Shown here in pieces: positions 13,594-30,025 of a stretch of DNA of 64,000 nucleotides. The notes beneath the pieces are model-generated. The model was not told where the DNA came from and ran no database searches. It saw only the letters and a list, made by a program, of their open reading frames with translations. How positions within the stretch are numbered: the first letter of the stretch is position 1; every line of letters starts with the position of its first letter. Location: NCBI GenBank assembly GCA_964016885.1, contig OZ024742.1:68076001-68140000 (forward strand). Direction: 5' to 3'. Both the position numbers and the translations under genes were made by a program. Source of the DNA: Eledone cirrhosa (lineage: Eukaryota).

Positions 13594-14426
13594 ATGTATG
13601 TATGTATGTTGGTGCTACTGGTAACATGTATCCCAGTACAACCTGTCTCATGGTCGGGTCGTTGGCGACTAAACTGGCAACCCCACCAAGGTTTCTTGGT
13701 GAGGAGGGTCACTTTGGACATCCTGCAGGACTAAAAACAAAACCTGTCAAGGGGCAAAGGAGCTCTTAAGAGTCAATGGCCATCCAAAATCACCGGGAGA
13801 GATGACCCCTTAGCCTTTGTCAAGGCAGAATTCTAGGAGAAGGAAAACTCTAATATAACACCTGCAACCCTGATGGTATCCAATGATGTTGACTTGCTCT
13901 TCTTTTTGGTAAATATCATCTTGGTTAAGAGAGTCGGACTGGCTTTGTGCAGTGCCTTTGCTCACTATAAAAGCTTCACGGCACAGGCATTGCTTTATAT
14001 CTGGAGATCTCTCTGCACTTGTCGTCACATGGTACCATGGGCCCAGCACTATGTGTCAATAATTGTCACAAGTGTAGTGTTTGTACCAGAGTTTTCATGT
14101 CGCTGGCTGGACTAAAAAGTCACACTCGTTCAGCGCATCCGTAGGGGTTCTCCTACATGGATATAAAGTAGTGGCCGTACTCGAAAACAAGTTGGCAGCC
14201 ACCATATATATATATAGATAGATGTGAGAAAAACCACAGACCCTCCATCTCAACTCACCTTTTGAAAAGCAGAAGAACTGCGAAACCGGTAAAGGAACCA
14301 AATAAATATATATATTTTTTAAAAAAATAAGACTCCAGTTGCATTTCGATTTCATCTCTTTTTCTTTATACTTTCATTCGTGTAGGACACCTCGGTTATT
14401 TTTCATTTTGTAAAAAAAAACCTCAC

Positions 14427-14534
<108 letters not shown>

Positions 14535-15368
14535 ATGTATGTATGTATGTTGATGCTACTGGTAACATGTATCCCAGTACAACCTGTCTCATGGTCGGGT
14601 CGTTGGCGACTAAACTGGCAACCCCACCAAGGTTTCTTGGTGAGGAGGGTGACTTTGGACATCCTGCAGGACTAAAAACAAAACCTGTCAAAGGGCAAAG
14701 GAGCTCTTAAGAGTCAATGGGCATCCAAAATCACCGGGAGAGATGACCCCTTAGCCTTTGTCAAGGCAGAATTCTAGGAGAAGGAAAACTCTCATATAAC
14801 ACCTGCAACCCTGATGGTATCCAATGATGTTGACTTGTTCTTCTTTTTGGTAAATATCATCTTGGTTAAGAGAGTCGGACTGGCTTTGTGCAGTGCCTTT
14901 GCTCACTATAAAAGCTTCACGGCACAGGCATTGCTTTATATCTGGAGATCTCTCTGCACTTGTCGTCACATGGTACCATGGGCCCAGCACTATGTGTCAA
15001 TAATTGTCACAAGTGTAGTGTTTGTACCAGAGTTTTCATGTCGCTGGCTGGACTAAAAAGTCACACTCGTTCAGCGCATGCGTAGGGGTTCTCCTACATG
15101 GATATAAAGTAGTGGCCGTACTCGAAAACGAGTTGGCAGCCACCATATATATATATAGATAGATGTGAGAAAAACCACAGACCCTCCATCTCAACTCACC
15201 TTTTGAGAAGCAGAAGAACTGCGAAACCGGTAAAGGAACCAAATAAATATATATATTTTTTTAAAAAATAAGACTCCAGTTGCATTTTCGATTTCATCTC
15301 TTTTTCTTTATACTTTCACTCGTGTAGGACACCTCGGTTATTTTTCATTTTGTAAAAAAAAACCTCAC

Positions 15369-15424
<56 letters not shown>

Positions 15425-16258
15425 ATGTATGTATGTATGTTGGTGCTACTGGTAACATGTATCCCAGTACAACCTGTCTCATGGTCGGGTGGTTGGCGAC
15501 TAAACTGGCAACCCCACCAAGGTTTCTTGGTGAGGAGGGTGACTTTGGACATCCTGCAGGACTAAAAACAAAACCTGTCAAAGGGCAAAGGAGCTCTTAA
15601 GAGTCAATGGCCATCCAAAATCACCGGAAGAGATGACCCCTTAGCCTTTGTCAAGGCAGAATTCTAGGAGAAGGAAAACTCTGATATAACACCTGCAACC
15701 CTGATGGTATCCAATGATGTTGACTTGTTCTTCTTTTTGGTAAATATCATCTTGGTTAAGAGAGTCGGACTGGCTTTGTGCAGTGCCTTTGCTCACTATA
15801 AAAGCTTCACGGCACAGGCATTGCTTTATATCTGGAGATCTCTCTGCACTTGTCGTCACATGGTACCATGGGCCCAGCACTATGTGTCAATAATTGTCAC
15901 AAGTGTAGTGTTTGTACCAGAGTTTTCATGTCGCTGGCTGGACTAAAAAGTCACACTCGTTCAGCGCATCCGTACGGGTTCTCCTACATGGATATAAAGT
16001 AGTGGCCGTACTCGAAAACGAGTTGGCAGCCACCATATATATATATAGATAGATGTGAGAAAAACCACAGACCCTCCATCTCAACTCACCTTTTGAAAAG
16101 CAGAAGAACTGCGAAACCGGTAAAGGAACCAAATAAATATATATATTTTTTTAAAAAATAAGACTCCAGTTGCATTTTCGATTTCATCTCTTTTTCTTTA
16201 TACTTTCATTCGTGTAGGACACCTCGGTTATTTTTCATTTTGTAAAAAAAAACCTCAC

Positions 16259-16352
<94 letters not shown>

Positions 16353-17190
16353 GTGTATGTATGTATGTATGTTGATGCTACTGGTAACATGTATCCCAGT
16401 ACAACCTGTCTCATGGTCGGGTCGTTGGCGACTAAACTGGCAACCCCACCAAGGTTTCTTGGTGAGGAGGGTGACTTTGGACATCCTGCAGGACTAAAAA
16501 CAAAACCTGTCAAAGGGCAAAGGAGCTCTTAAGAGTCAATGGCCATCCAAAATCACCGGGAGAGATGACCCCTTAGCCTTTGTCAAGGCAGAATTTTAGG
16601 AGAAGGAAAACTCTGATATAACACCTGCAACCCTGATGGTATCCAATGATGTTGACTTGTTCTTCTTTTTGGTAAATATCATCTTGGTTAAGAGAGTCGG
16701 ACTGGCTTTGTGCAGTGCCTTTGCTCACTATAAAAGCTTCACGGCACAGGCATTGCTTTATATCTGGAGATCTCTCTGCACTTGTCGTCACATGGTACCA
16801 TGGGCCCAGCACTATGTGTCAATAATTGTCACAAGTGTAGTGTTTGTACCAGAGTTTTCATGTCGCTGGCTGGACTAAAAAGTCACACTCGTTCAGCGCA
16901 TCCGTAGGGGTTCTCCTACATGGATATAAAGTAGTGGCCGTACTCGAAAACGAGTTGGCAGCCACCATATATATATATAGATAGATGTGAGAAAAACCAC
17001 AGACCCTCCATCTCAACTCACCTTTTGAAAAGCAGAAGAACTGCGAAACCGGTAAAGGAACCAAATAAATATATATATTTTTTTTAAAAATAAGACTCCA
17101 GTTGCATTTTCGATTTCATCTCTTTTTCTTTATACTTTCATTCGTGTAGGACACCTCGGTTATTTTTCATTTTGTAAAAAAAAACCTCAC

Positions 17191-17272
<82 letters not shown>

Positions 17273-18105
17273 ATGTATGTATGTATGTTGATGCTACTGG
17301 TAACATGTATCCCAGTACAACCTGTCTCATGGTCGGGTCGTTGGCGACTAAACTGGCAACCCCACCAAGGTTTCTTGGTGAGGAGGGTGACTTTGGACAT
17401 CCTGCAGGACTAAAAACAAAACCTGTCAAAGGGCAAAGGAGCTCTTAAGAGTCAATGGGCATCCAAAATCACCGGGAGAGATGACCCCTTAGCCTTTGTC
17501 AAGGCAGAATTCTAGGAGAAGGAAAACTCTCATATAACACCTGCAACCCTGATGGTATCCAATGATGTTGACTTGTTCTTCTTTTTGGTAAATATCATCT
17601 TGGTTAAGAGAGTCGGACTGGCTTTGTGCAGTGCCTTTGCTCACTATAAAAGCTTCACGGCCCAGGCATTGCTTTATATCTGGAGATCTCTCTGCACTTG
17701 TCGTCACATGGTACCATGGACCCAGCACTATGTGTCAATAATTGTCACAAGTGTAGTGTTTGTACCAGAGTTTTCATGTCGCTGGCTGGACTAAAAAGTC
17801 ACACTCGTTCAGCGCATGCGTAGGGGTTCTCCTACATGGATATAAAGTAGTGGCCGTACTCGAAAACGAGTTGGCAGCCACCATATATATATATAGATAG
17901 ATGTGAGAAAAACCACAGACCCTCCATCTCAACTCACCTTTTGAAAAGCAGAAGAACTGCGAAACCGGTAAAGGAACCAAATAAATATATATATTTTTTA
18001 AAAAAATAAGACTCCAGTTGCATTTCGATTTCATCTCTTTTTCTTTATACTTTCACTCGTGTAGGACACCTCGGTTATTTTTCATTTTGTAAAAAAAAAC
18101 CTCAC

Positions 18106-18171
<66 letters not shown>

Positions 18172-19005
18172 ATGTATGTATGTATGTTGGTGCTACTGGT
18201 AACATGTATCCCAGTACAACCTGTCTCATGGTCGGGTCGTTGGCGACTAAACTGGCAACCCCACCAAGGTTTCTTGGTGAGGAGGGTCACTTTGGACATC
18301 CTGCAGGACTAAAAACAAAACCTGTCAAAGGGCAAAGGAGCTCTTAAGAGTCAATGGCCATCCAAAATCACCGGGAGAGATGACCCCTTAGCCTTTGTCA
18401 AGGCAGAATTCTAGGAGAAGGAAAACTCTAATATAACACCTGCAACCCTGATGGTATCCAATGATGTTGACTTGCTCTTCTTTTTGGTAAATATCATCTT
18501 GGTTAAGAGAGTCGGACTGGCTTTGTGCAGTGCCTTTGCTCACTATAAAAGCTTCACGGCACAGGCATTGCTTTATATCTGGAGATCTCTCTGCACTTGT
18601 CGTCACATGGTACCATGGGCCCAGCACTATGTGTCAATAATTGTCACAAGTGTAGTGTTTGTACCAGAGTTTTCATGTCGCTGGCTGGACTAAAAAGTCA
18701 CACTCGTTCAGCGCATCCGTAGGGGTTCTCCTACATGGATATAAAGTAGTGGCCGTACTCGAAAACGAGTTGGCAGCCACCATATATATATATAGATAGA
18801 TGTGAGAAAAACCACAGACCCTCCATCTCAACTCACCTTTTGAAAAGCAGAAGAACTGCGAAACCGGTAAAGGAACCAAATAAATATATATATTTTTTTA
18901 AAAAATAAGACTCCAGTTGCATTTTCGATTTCATCTCGTTTTCTTTATACTTTCATTCGTGTAGGACACCTCGGTTATTTTTCATTTTGTAAAAAAAAAC
19001 CTCAC

Positions 19006-19097
<92 letters not shown>

Positions 19098-19930
19098 ATG
19101 TATGTATGTATGTTGATGCTACTGGTAACATGTATCCCAGTACAACCTGTCTCATGGTCGGGTCGTTGGCGACTAAACTGGCAACCCCACCAAGGTTTCT
19201 TGGTGAGGAGGGTGACTTTGGACATCCTGCAGGACTAAAAACAAAACCTGTCAAAGGGCAAAGGAGCTCTTAAGAGTCAATGGGCATCCAAAATCACCGG
19301 GAGAGATGACCCCTTAGCCTTTGTCAAGGCAGAATTCTAGGAGAAGGAAAACTCTCATATAACACCTGCAACCCTGATGGTATCCAATGATGTTGACTTG
19401 TTCTTCTTTTTGGTAAATATCATCTTGGTTAAGAGAGTCGGACTGGCTTTGTGCAGTGCCTTTGCTCACTATAAAAGCTTCACGGCACAGGCATTGCTTT
19501 ATATCAGGAGATCTCTCTGCACTTGTCGTCACATGGTACCATGGGCCCAGCACTATGTGTCAATAATTGTCACAAGTGTAGTGTTTGTACCAGAGTTTTC
19601 ATGTCGCTGGCTGGACTAAAAAGTCACACTCGTTCAGCGCATGCGTAGGGGTTCTCCTACATGGATATAAAGTAGTGGCCGTACTCGAAAACGAGTTGGC
19701 AGCCACCATATATATATATAGATAGATGTGAGAAAAACCACAGACCCTCCATCTCAACTCACCTTTTGAAAAGCAGAAGAACTGCGAAACCGGTAAAGGA
19801 ACCAAATAAATATATATATTTTTTAAAAAAATAAGACTCCAGTTGCATTTCGATTTCATCTCTTTTTCTTTATACTTTCACTCGTGTAGGACACCTCGGT
19901 TATTTTTCATTTTGTAAAAAAAAACCTCAC

Positions 19931-19984
<54 letters not shown>

Positions 19985-20813
19985 ATGTATGTATGTTGGT
20001 GCTACTGGTAACATGTATCCCAGTACAACCTGTCTCATGGTCGGGTCGTTGGCGACTAAACTGGCAACCCCACCAAGGTTTCTTGGTGAGGAGGGTCACT
20101 TTGGACATCCTGCAGGACTAAAAACAAAACCTGTCAAAGGGCAAAGGAGCTCTTAAGAGTCAATGGGCATCCAAAATCACCGGGAGAGATGACCCCTTAG
20201 CCTTTGTCAAGGCAGAATTCTAGGAGAAGGAAAACTCTCATATAACACCTGCAACCCTGATGGTATCCAATGATGTTGACTTGTTCTTCTTTTTGGTAAA
20301 TATCATCTTGGTTAAGAGAGTCGGACTGGCTTTGTGCAGTGCCTTTGCTCACTATAAAAGCTTCACGGCACAGGCATTGCTTTATATCTGGAGATCTCTC
20401 TGCACTTGTCGTCACATGGTACCATGGACCCAGCACTATGTGTCAATAATTGTCACAAGTGTAGTGTTTGTACCAGAGTTTTCATGTCGCTGGCTGGACT
20501 AAAAAGTCACACTTGTTCAGCGCATGCGTAGGGGTTCTCCTACATGGATATAAAGTAGTGGCCGTACTCGCAAACGAGTTGGCAGCCACCATATATATAT
20601 ATAGATAGATGTGAGAAAAACCACAGACCCTCCATCTCAACTCACCTTTTGAAAAGCAGAAGAACTGCGAAACCGGTAAAGGAACCAAATAAATATATAT
20701 ATTTTTTAAAAAAATAAGACTCCAGTTGCATTTCGATTTCATCTCTTTTTCTTTATACTTTCACTCGTGTAGGACACCTCGGTTATTTTTCATTTTGTAA
20801 AAAAAAACCTCAC

Positions 20814-20881
<68 letters not shown>

Positions 20882-21705
20882 GTATGTTGGTGCTACTGGT
20901 AACATGTATCCCAGTACAACCTGTCTCATGGTCGGGTCGTTGGCGACTAAACTGGCAACCCCACCAAGGTTTCTTGGTGAGGAGGGTCACTTTGGACATC
21001 CTGCAGGACTAAAAACAAAACCTGTCTAGGGGCAAAGGAGCTCTTAAGAGTCAATGGCCATCAAAAATCACCGGGAGAGATGACCCCTTAGCCTTTGTCA
21101 AGGCAGAATTCTAGGAGAAGGAAAACTCTAATATAACACCTGCAACCCTGATGGTATCCAATGATGTTGACTTGCTCTTCTTTTTGGTAAATATCATCTT
21201 GGTTAAGAGAGTCGGACTGGCTTTGTGCAGTGCCTTTGCTCACTATAAAAGCCTCACGGCACAGGCATTGCTTTATATCTGGAGATCTCTCTGCACTTGT
21301 CGTCACATGGTACCATGGGCCCAGCACTATGTGTCAATAATTGTCACAAGTGTAGTGTTTGTACCAGAGTTTTCATGTCGCTGGCTGGACTAAAAAGTCA
21401 CACTCGTTCAGCGCATCCGTAGGGGTTCTCCTACATGGATATAAAGTAGTGGCCGTACTCGAAAACAAGTTGGCAGCCACCATATATATATATAGATAGA
21501 TGTGAGAAAAACCACAGACCCTCCATCTCAACTCACCTTTTGAAAAGCAGAAGAAATGCGAAACCGGTAAAGGAACCAAATAAATATATATATTTTTTTA
21601 AAAAATAAGACTCCAGTTGCATTTTCGATTTCATCTCTTTTTCTTTATACTTTCATTCGTGTAGGACACCTCGGTTATTTTTCATTTTGTAAAAAAAAAC
21701 CTCAC

Positions 21706-21787
<82 letters not shown>

Positions 21788-22620
21788 ATGTATGTATGTA
21801 TGTTGATGCTACTGGTAACATGTATCCCAGTACAACCTGTCTCATGGTCGGGTCGTTGGCGACTAAACTGGCAACCCCACCAAGGTTTCTTGGTGAGGAG
21901 GGTGACTTTGGACATCCTGCAGGACTAAAAACAAAACCTGTCAAAGGGCAAAGGAGCTCTTAAGAGTCAATGGGCATCCAAAATCACCGGGAGAGATGAC
22001 CCCTTAGCCTTTGTCAAGGCAGAATTCTAGGAGAAGGAAAACTCTCATATAACACCTGCAACCCTGATGGTATCCAATGATGTTGACTTGTTCTTCTTTT
22101 TGGTAAATATCATCTTGGTTAAGAGAGTCGGACTGGCTTTGTGCAGTGCCTTTGCTCACTATAAAAGCTTCACGGCACAGGCATTGCTTTATATCTGGAG
22201 ATCTCTCTGCACTTGTCGTCACATGGTACCATGGGCCCAGCACTATGTGTCAATAATTGTCACAAGTGTAGTGTTTGTACCAGAGTTTTCATGTCGCTGG
22301 CTGGACTAAAAAGTCACACTCGTTCAGCGCATGCGTAGGGGTTCTCCTACATGGATATAAAGTAGTGGCCGTACTCGAAAACGAGTTGGCAGCCACCATA
22401 TATATATATAGATAGATGTGAGAAAAACCACAGACCCTCCATCTCAACTCACCTTTTGAAAAGCAGAAGAACTGCGAAACCGGTAAAGGAACCAAATAAA
22501 TATATATATTTTTTAAAAAAATAAGACTCCAGTTGCATTTCGATTTCATCTCTTTTTCTTTATACTTTCACTCGTGTAGGACACCTCGGTTATTTTTCAT
22601 TTTGTAAAAAAAAACCTCAC

Positions 22621-22730
<110 letters not shown>

Positions 22731-23563
22731 ATGTATGTATGTATGTTGGTGCTACTGGTAACATGTATCCCAGTACAACCTGTCTCATGGTCGGGTCGTT
22801 GGCGACTAAACTGGCAACCCCACCAAGGTTTCTTGGTGAGGAGGGTCACTTTGGACATCCTGCAGGACTAAAAACAAAACCTGTCAAAGGGCAAAGGAGC
22901 TCTTAAGAGTCAATGGCCATCCAAAATCACCGGGAGAGATGACCCCTTAGCCTTTGTCAAGGCAGAATTCTAGGAGAAGGAAAACTCTGATATAACACCT
23001 GCAACCCTGATGGTATCCAATGATGTTGACTTGTTCTTCTTTTTGGAAAATATCATCTTGGTTAAGAGAGTCGGACTGGCTTTGTGCAGTGCCTTTGCTC
23101 ACTATAAAAACTTCACGGCACAGGCATTGCTTTATATCTGGAGATCTCTCTGCACTTGTCGTCACATGGTACCATGGGCCCAGCACTATGTGTCAATAAT
23201 TGTCACAAGTGTAGTGTTTGTACCAGAGTTTTCATGTCGCTGGCTGGACTAAAAAGTCACACTCGTTCAGCGCATGCGTAGGGGTTCTCTTACATGGATA
23301 TAAAGTAGTGGCCGTACTCGAAAACGAGTTGGCAGCCACCATATATATATATAGATAGATGTGAGAAAAACCACAGACCCTCCATCTCAATTCACCTTTT
23401 GAAAAGCAGAAGAACTGCGAAACCGGTAAAGGAACCAAATAAATATATATATTTTTTAAAAAAATAAGACTCCAGTTGCATTTCGATTTCATCTCTTTTT
23501 CTTTATACTTTCAATCGTGTAGGACACCTCGGTTATTTTTCATTTTGTAAAAAAAAACCTCAC

Positions 23564-23629
<66 letters not shown>

Positions 23630-24462
23630 ATGTATGTATGTATGTTGATGCTACTGGTAACATGTATCCCAGTACAACCTGTCTCATGGTCGGGTCGTTG
23701 GCGACTAAACTGGCAACCCCACCAAGGTTTCTTGGTGAGGAGGGTGACTTTGGACATCCTGCAGGACTAAAAACAAAACCTGTCAAAGGGCAAAGGAGCT
23801 CTTAAGAGTCAATGGGCATCCAAAATCACCGGGAGAGATGACCCCTTAGCCTTTGTCAAGGCAGAATTCTAGGAGAAGGAAAACTCTCATATAACACCTG
23901 CAACCCTGATGGTATCCAATGATGTTGACTTGTTCTTCTTTTTGGTAAATATCATCTTGGTTAAGAGAGTCGGACTGGCTTTGTGCAGTGCCTTTGCTCA
24001 CTATAAAAGCTTCACGGCACAGGCATTGCTTTATATCTGGAGATCTCTCTGCACTTGTCGTCACATGGTACCATGGGCCCAGCACTATGTGTCAATAATT
24101 GTCACAAGTGTAGTGTTTGTACCAGAGTTTTCATGTCGCTGGCTGGACTAAAAAGTCACACTCGTTCAGCGCATGCGTAGGGGTTCTCCTACATGGATAT
24201 AAAGTAGTGGCCGTACTCGAAAACGAGTTGGCAGCCACCATATATATATATAGATAGATGTGAGAAAAACCACAGACCCTCCATCTCAACTCACCTTTTG
24301 AAAAGCAGAAGAACTGCGAAACCGGTAAAGGAACCAAATAAATATATATATTTTTTAAAAAAATAAGACTCCAGTTGCATTTCGATTTCATCTCTTTTTC
24401 TTTATACTTTCACTCGTGTAGGACACCTCGGTTATTTTTCATTTTGTAAAAAAAAACCTCAC

Positions 24463-24560
<98 letters not shown>

Positions 24561-25394
24561 ATGTATGTATGTATGTTGGTGCTACTGGTAACATGTATCC
24601 CAGTACAACCTGTCTCATGGTCGGGTCGTTGGCGACTAAACTGGCAACCCCACCAAGGTTTCTTGGTGAGGAGGGTCACTTTGGACATCCTGCAGGACTA
24701 AAAACAAAACCTGTCAAAGGGCAAAGGAGCTCTTAAGAGTCAATGGCCATCCAAAATCACCGGGAGAGATGACCCCTTAGCCTTTGTCAAGGCAGAATTC
24801 TAGGAGAAGGAAAACTCTGATATAACACCTGCAACCCTGATGGTATCCAATGATGTTGACTTGTTCTTCTTTTTGGAAAATATCATCTTGGTTAAGAGAG
24901 TCGGACTGGCTTTGTGCAGTGCCTTTGCTCACTATAAAAACTTCACGGCACAGGCATTGCTTTATATCTGGAGATCTCTCTGCACTTGTCGTCACATGGT
25001 ACCATGGGCCCAGCACTATGTGTCAATAATTGTCACAAGTGTAGTGTTTGTACCAGAGTTTTCATGTCGCTGGCTGGACTAAAAAGTCACACTCGTTCAG
25101 CGCATCCGTAGGGGTTCTCCTACATGGATATAAAGTAGTGGCCGTACTCGAAAACGAGTTGGCAGCCACCATATATATATATAGATAGATGTGAGAAAAA
25201 CCACAGACCCTCCATCTCAACTCACCTTTTGAAAAGCAGAAGAACTGCGAAACCGGTAAAGGAACCAAATAAATATATATATTTTTTTAAAAAATAAGAC
25301 TCCAGTTGCATTTTCGATTTCATCTCTTTTTCTTTATACTTTCATTCGTGTAGGACACCTCGGTTATTTTTCATTTTGTAAAAAAAAACCTCAC

Positions 25395-25468
<74 letters not shown>

Positions 25469-26301
25469 ATGTATGTATGTATGTTGATGCTACTGGTAAC
25501 ATGTATCCCAGTACAACCTGTCTCATGGTCGGGTCGTTGGCGACTAAACTGGCAACCCCACCAAGGTTTCTTGGTGAGGAGGGTGACTTTGGACATCCTG
25601 CAGGACTAAAAACAAAACCTGTCAAAGGGCAAAGGAGCTCTTAAGAGTCAATGGGCATCCAAAATCACCGGGAGAGATGACCCCTTAGCCTTTGTCAAGG
25701 CAGAATTCTAGGAGAAGGAAAACTCTCATATAACACCTACAACCCTGATGGTATCCAATGATGTTGACTTGTTCTTCTTTTTGGTAAATATCATCTTGGT
25801 TAAGAGAGTCGGACTGGCTTTGTGCAGTGCCTTTGCTCACTATAAAAGCTTCACGGCACAGGCATTGCTTTATATCTGGAGATCTCTCTGCACTTGTCGT
25901 CACATGGTACCATGGGCCCAGCACTATGTGTCAATAATTGTCACAAGTGTAGTGTTTGTACCAGAGTTTTCATGTCGCTGGCTGGACTAAAAAGTCACAC
26001 TCGTTCAGCGCATGCGTAGGGGTTCTCTTACATGGATATAAAGTAGTGGCCGTACTCGAAAACGAGTTGGCAGCCACCATATATATATATAGATAGATGT
26101 GAGAAAAACCACAGACCCTCCATCTCAATTCACCTTTTGAAAAGCAGAAGAACTGCGAAACCGGTAAAGGAACCAAATAAATATATATATTTTTTAAAAA
26201 AATAAGACTCCAGTTGCATTTCGATTTCATCTCTTTTTCTTTATACTTTCAATCGTGTAGGACACCTCGGTTATTTTTCATTTTGTAAAAAAAAACCTCA
26301 C

Positions 26302-26377
<76 letters not shown>

Positions 26378-27211
26378 ATGTATGTATGTATGTTGGTGCT
26401 ACTGGTAACATGTATCCCAGTACAACCTGTCTCATGGTCGGGTCGTTGGCGACTAAACTGGCAACCCCACCAAGGTTTCTTGGTGAGGAGGGTCACTTTG
26501 GACATCATGCAGGACTAAAAACAAAACCTGTCAAAGGGCAAAGGAGCTCTTAAGTGTCAATGGCCATCCAAAATCACCGGGAGAGATGACCCCTTAGCCT
26601 TTGTCAAGGCAGAATTCTAGGAGAAGGAAAACTCTGATATAACACCTGCAACCCTGATGGTATCCAATGATGTTGACTTGTTCTTCTTTTTGGTAAATAT
26701 CATCTTGGTTAAGAGAGTCGGACTGGCTTTGTGCAGTGCCTTTGCTCACTATAAAAGCTTCACGGCACAGGCATTGCTTTATATCTGGAGATCTCTCTGC
26801 ACTTGTCGTCACATGGTACCATGGGCCCAGCACTATGTGTCAATATTTGTCACAAGTGTAGTGTTTGTACCAGAGTTTTCATGTCGCTGGCTGGACTAAA
26901 AAGTCACACTCGTTCAGCGCATCCGTAGGGGTTCTCCTACATGGATATAAAGTAGTGGCCGTACTCGAAAACGAGTTGGCAGCCACCATATATATATATA
27001 GATAGATGTGAGAAAAACCACAGACCCTCCATCTCAACTCACCTTTTGAAAAGCAGAAGAACTGCGAAACCGGTAAAGGAACCAAATAAATATATATATT
27101 TTTTAAATAAATAAGACTCCAGTTGCATTTTCGATTTCATCTCTTTTTCTTTATACTTTCACTCGTGTAGGACACCTCGGTTATTTTTCATTTTGTAAAA
27201 AAAAACCTCAC

Positions 27212-27261
<50 letters not shown>

Positions 27262-28103
27262 ATGTATGTATGTATGTATGTATGTTGGTGCTACTGGTAA
27301 CATGTATCCCAGTACAACCTGTCTCATGGTCGGGTCGTTGGCGACTAAACTGGCAACCCCACCAAGGTTTCTTGGTGAGGAGGGTCACTTTGGACATCCT
27401 GCAGGACTAAAAACAAAACCTGTCAAAGGGCAAAGGAGCTCTTAAGAGTCAATGGCCATCCAAAATCACCGGGAGAGATGACCCCTTAGCCTTTGTCAAG
27501 GCAGAATTCTAGGAGAAGGAAAACTCTGATATAACACCTGCAACCCTGATGGTATCCAATGATGTTGACTTGCTCTTCTTTTTGGTAAATATCATCTTGG
27601 TTAAGAGAGTCGGACTGGCTTTGTGCAGTGCCTTTGCTCACTATAAAAGCTTCACGGCACAGGCATTGCTTTATATCTGGAGATCTCTCTGCACTTGTCG
27701 TCACATGGTACCATGGGCCCAGCACTATGTGTCAATAATTGTCACAAGTGTAGTGTTTGTACCAGAGTTTTCATGTCGCTGGCTGGACTAAAAAGTCACA
27801 CTCGTTCAGCGCATCCGTAGGGGTTCTCCTACATGGATATAAAGTAGTGGCCGTACTCGAAAACGAGTTGGCAGCCACCATATATATATATAGATAGATG
27901 TGAGAAAAACCACAGACCCTCCATCTCAACTCACCTTTTGAAAAGCAGAAGAACTGCGAAACCGGTAAAGGAACCAAATAAATATATATATTTTTTTAAA
28001 AAATAAGACTCCAGTTGCATTTTCGATTTCATCTCTTTTTCTTTATACTTTCATTCGTGTAGGACACCTCGGTTATTTTTCATTTTGTAAAAAAAAACCT
28101 CAC

Positions 28104-28213
<110 letters not shown>

Positions 28214-29047
28214 ATGTATGTATGTATGTTGATGCTACTGGTAACATGTATCCCAGTACAACCTGTCTCATGGTCGGGTCGTTGGCGACTAAACTGGCAA
28301 CCCCACCAAGGTTTCTTGGTGAGGAGGGTGACTTTGGACATCCTGCAGGACTAAAAACAAAACCTGTCAAAGGGCAAAGGAGCTCTTAAGAGTCAATGGG
28401 CATCCAAAATCACCGGGAGAGATGACCCCTTAGCCTTTGTCAAGGCAGAATTCTAGGAGAAGGAAAACTCTGATATAACACCTGCAACCCTGATGGTATC
28501 CAATGATGTTGACTTGTTCTTCTTTTTGGTAAATATCATCTTGGTTAAGAGAGTCGGACTGGCTTTGTGCAGTGCCTTTGCTCACTATAAAAGCTTCACG
28601 GCACAGGCATTGCTTTATATCTGGAGATCTCTCTGCACTTGTCGTCACATGGTACCATGGGCCCAGCACTATGTGTCAATAATTGTCACAAGTGTAGTGT
28701 TTGTACCAGAGTTTTCATGTCGCTGGCTGGACTAAAAAGTCACACTCGTTCAGCGCATGCGTAGGGGTTCTCCTACATGGATATAAAGTAGTGGCCGTAC
28801 TCGAAAACGAGTTGGCAGCCACCATATATATATATAGATAGATGTGAGAAAAACCACAGACCCTCCATCTCAACTCACCTTTTGAAAAGCAGAAGAACTG
28901 CGAAACCGGTAAAGGAACCAAATAAATATATATATTTTTTTAAAAAATAAGACTCCAGTTGCATTTTCGATTTCATCTCTTTTTCTTTATACTTTCATTC
29001 GTGTAGGACACCTCGGTTATTTTTCATTTTGTAAAAAAAAACCTCAC

Positions 29048-29111
<64 letters not shown>

Positions 29112-29945
29112 ATGTATGTATGTATGTTGATGCTACTGGTAACATGTATCCCAGTACAACCTGTCTCATGGTCGGGTCGTTGGCGACTAAACTGGCAACC
29201 CCACCAAGGTTTCTTGGTGAGGAGGGTGACTTTGGACATCCTGCAGGACTAAAAACAAAACCTGTCAAAGGGCAAAGGAGCTCTTAAGAGTCAATGGGCA
29301 TCCAAAATCACCGGGAGAGATGACCCCTTAGCCTTTGTCAAGGCAGAATTCTAGGAGAAGGAAAACTCTCATATAACACCTGCAACCCTGATGGTATCCA
29401 ATGATGTTGACTTGTTCTTCTTTTTGGTAAATATCATCTTGGTTAAGAGAGTCGGACTGGCTTTGTGCAGTGCCTTTGCTCACTATAAAAGCTTCACGGC
29501 ACAGGCATTGCTTTATATCTGGAGATCTCTCTGCACTTGTCGTCACATGGTACCATGGGCCCAGCACTATGTGTCAATAATTGTCACAAGTGTAGTGTTT
29601 GTACCAGAGTTTTCATGTCGCTGGCTGGACTAAAAAGTCACACTCGTTCAGCGCATGCGTAGGGGTTCTCCTACATGGATATAAAGTAGTGGCCGTACTC
29701 GAAAACGAGTTGGCAGCCACCATATATATATATAGATAGATGTGAGAAAAACCACAGACCCTCCATCTCAACTCACCTTTTGAAAAGCAGAAGAACTGCG
29801 AAACCGGTAAAGGAACCAAATAAATATATATATTTTTTTAAAAAATAAGACTCCAGTTGCATTTTCGATTTCATCTCTTTTTCTTTATACTTTCATTCGT
29901 GTAGGACACCTCGGTTATTTTTCATTTTGTAAAAAAAAACCTCAC

Positions 29946-30025
<80 letters not shown>
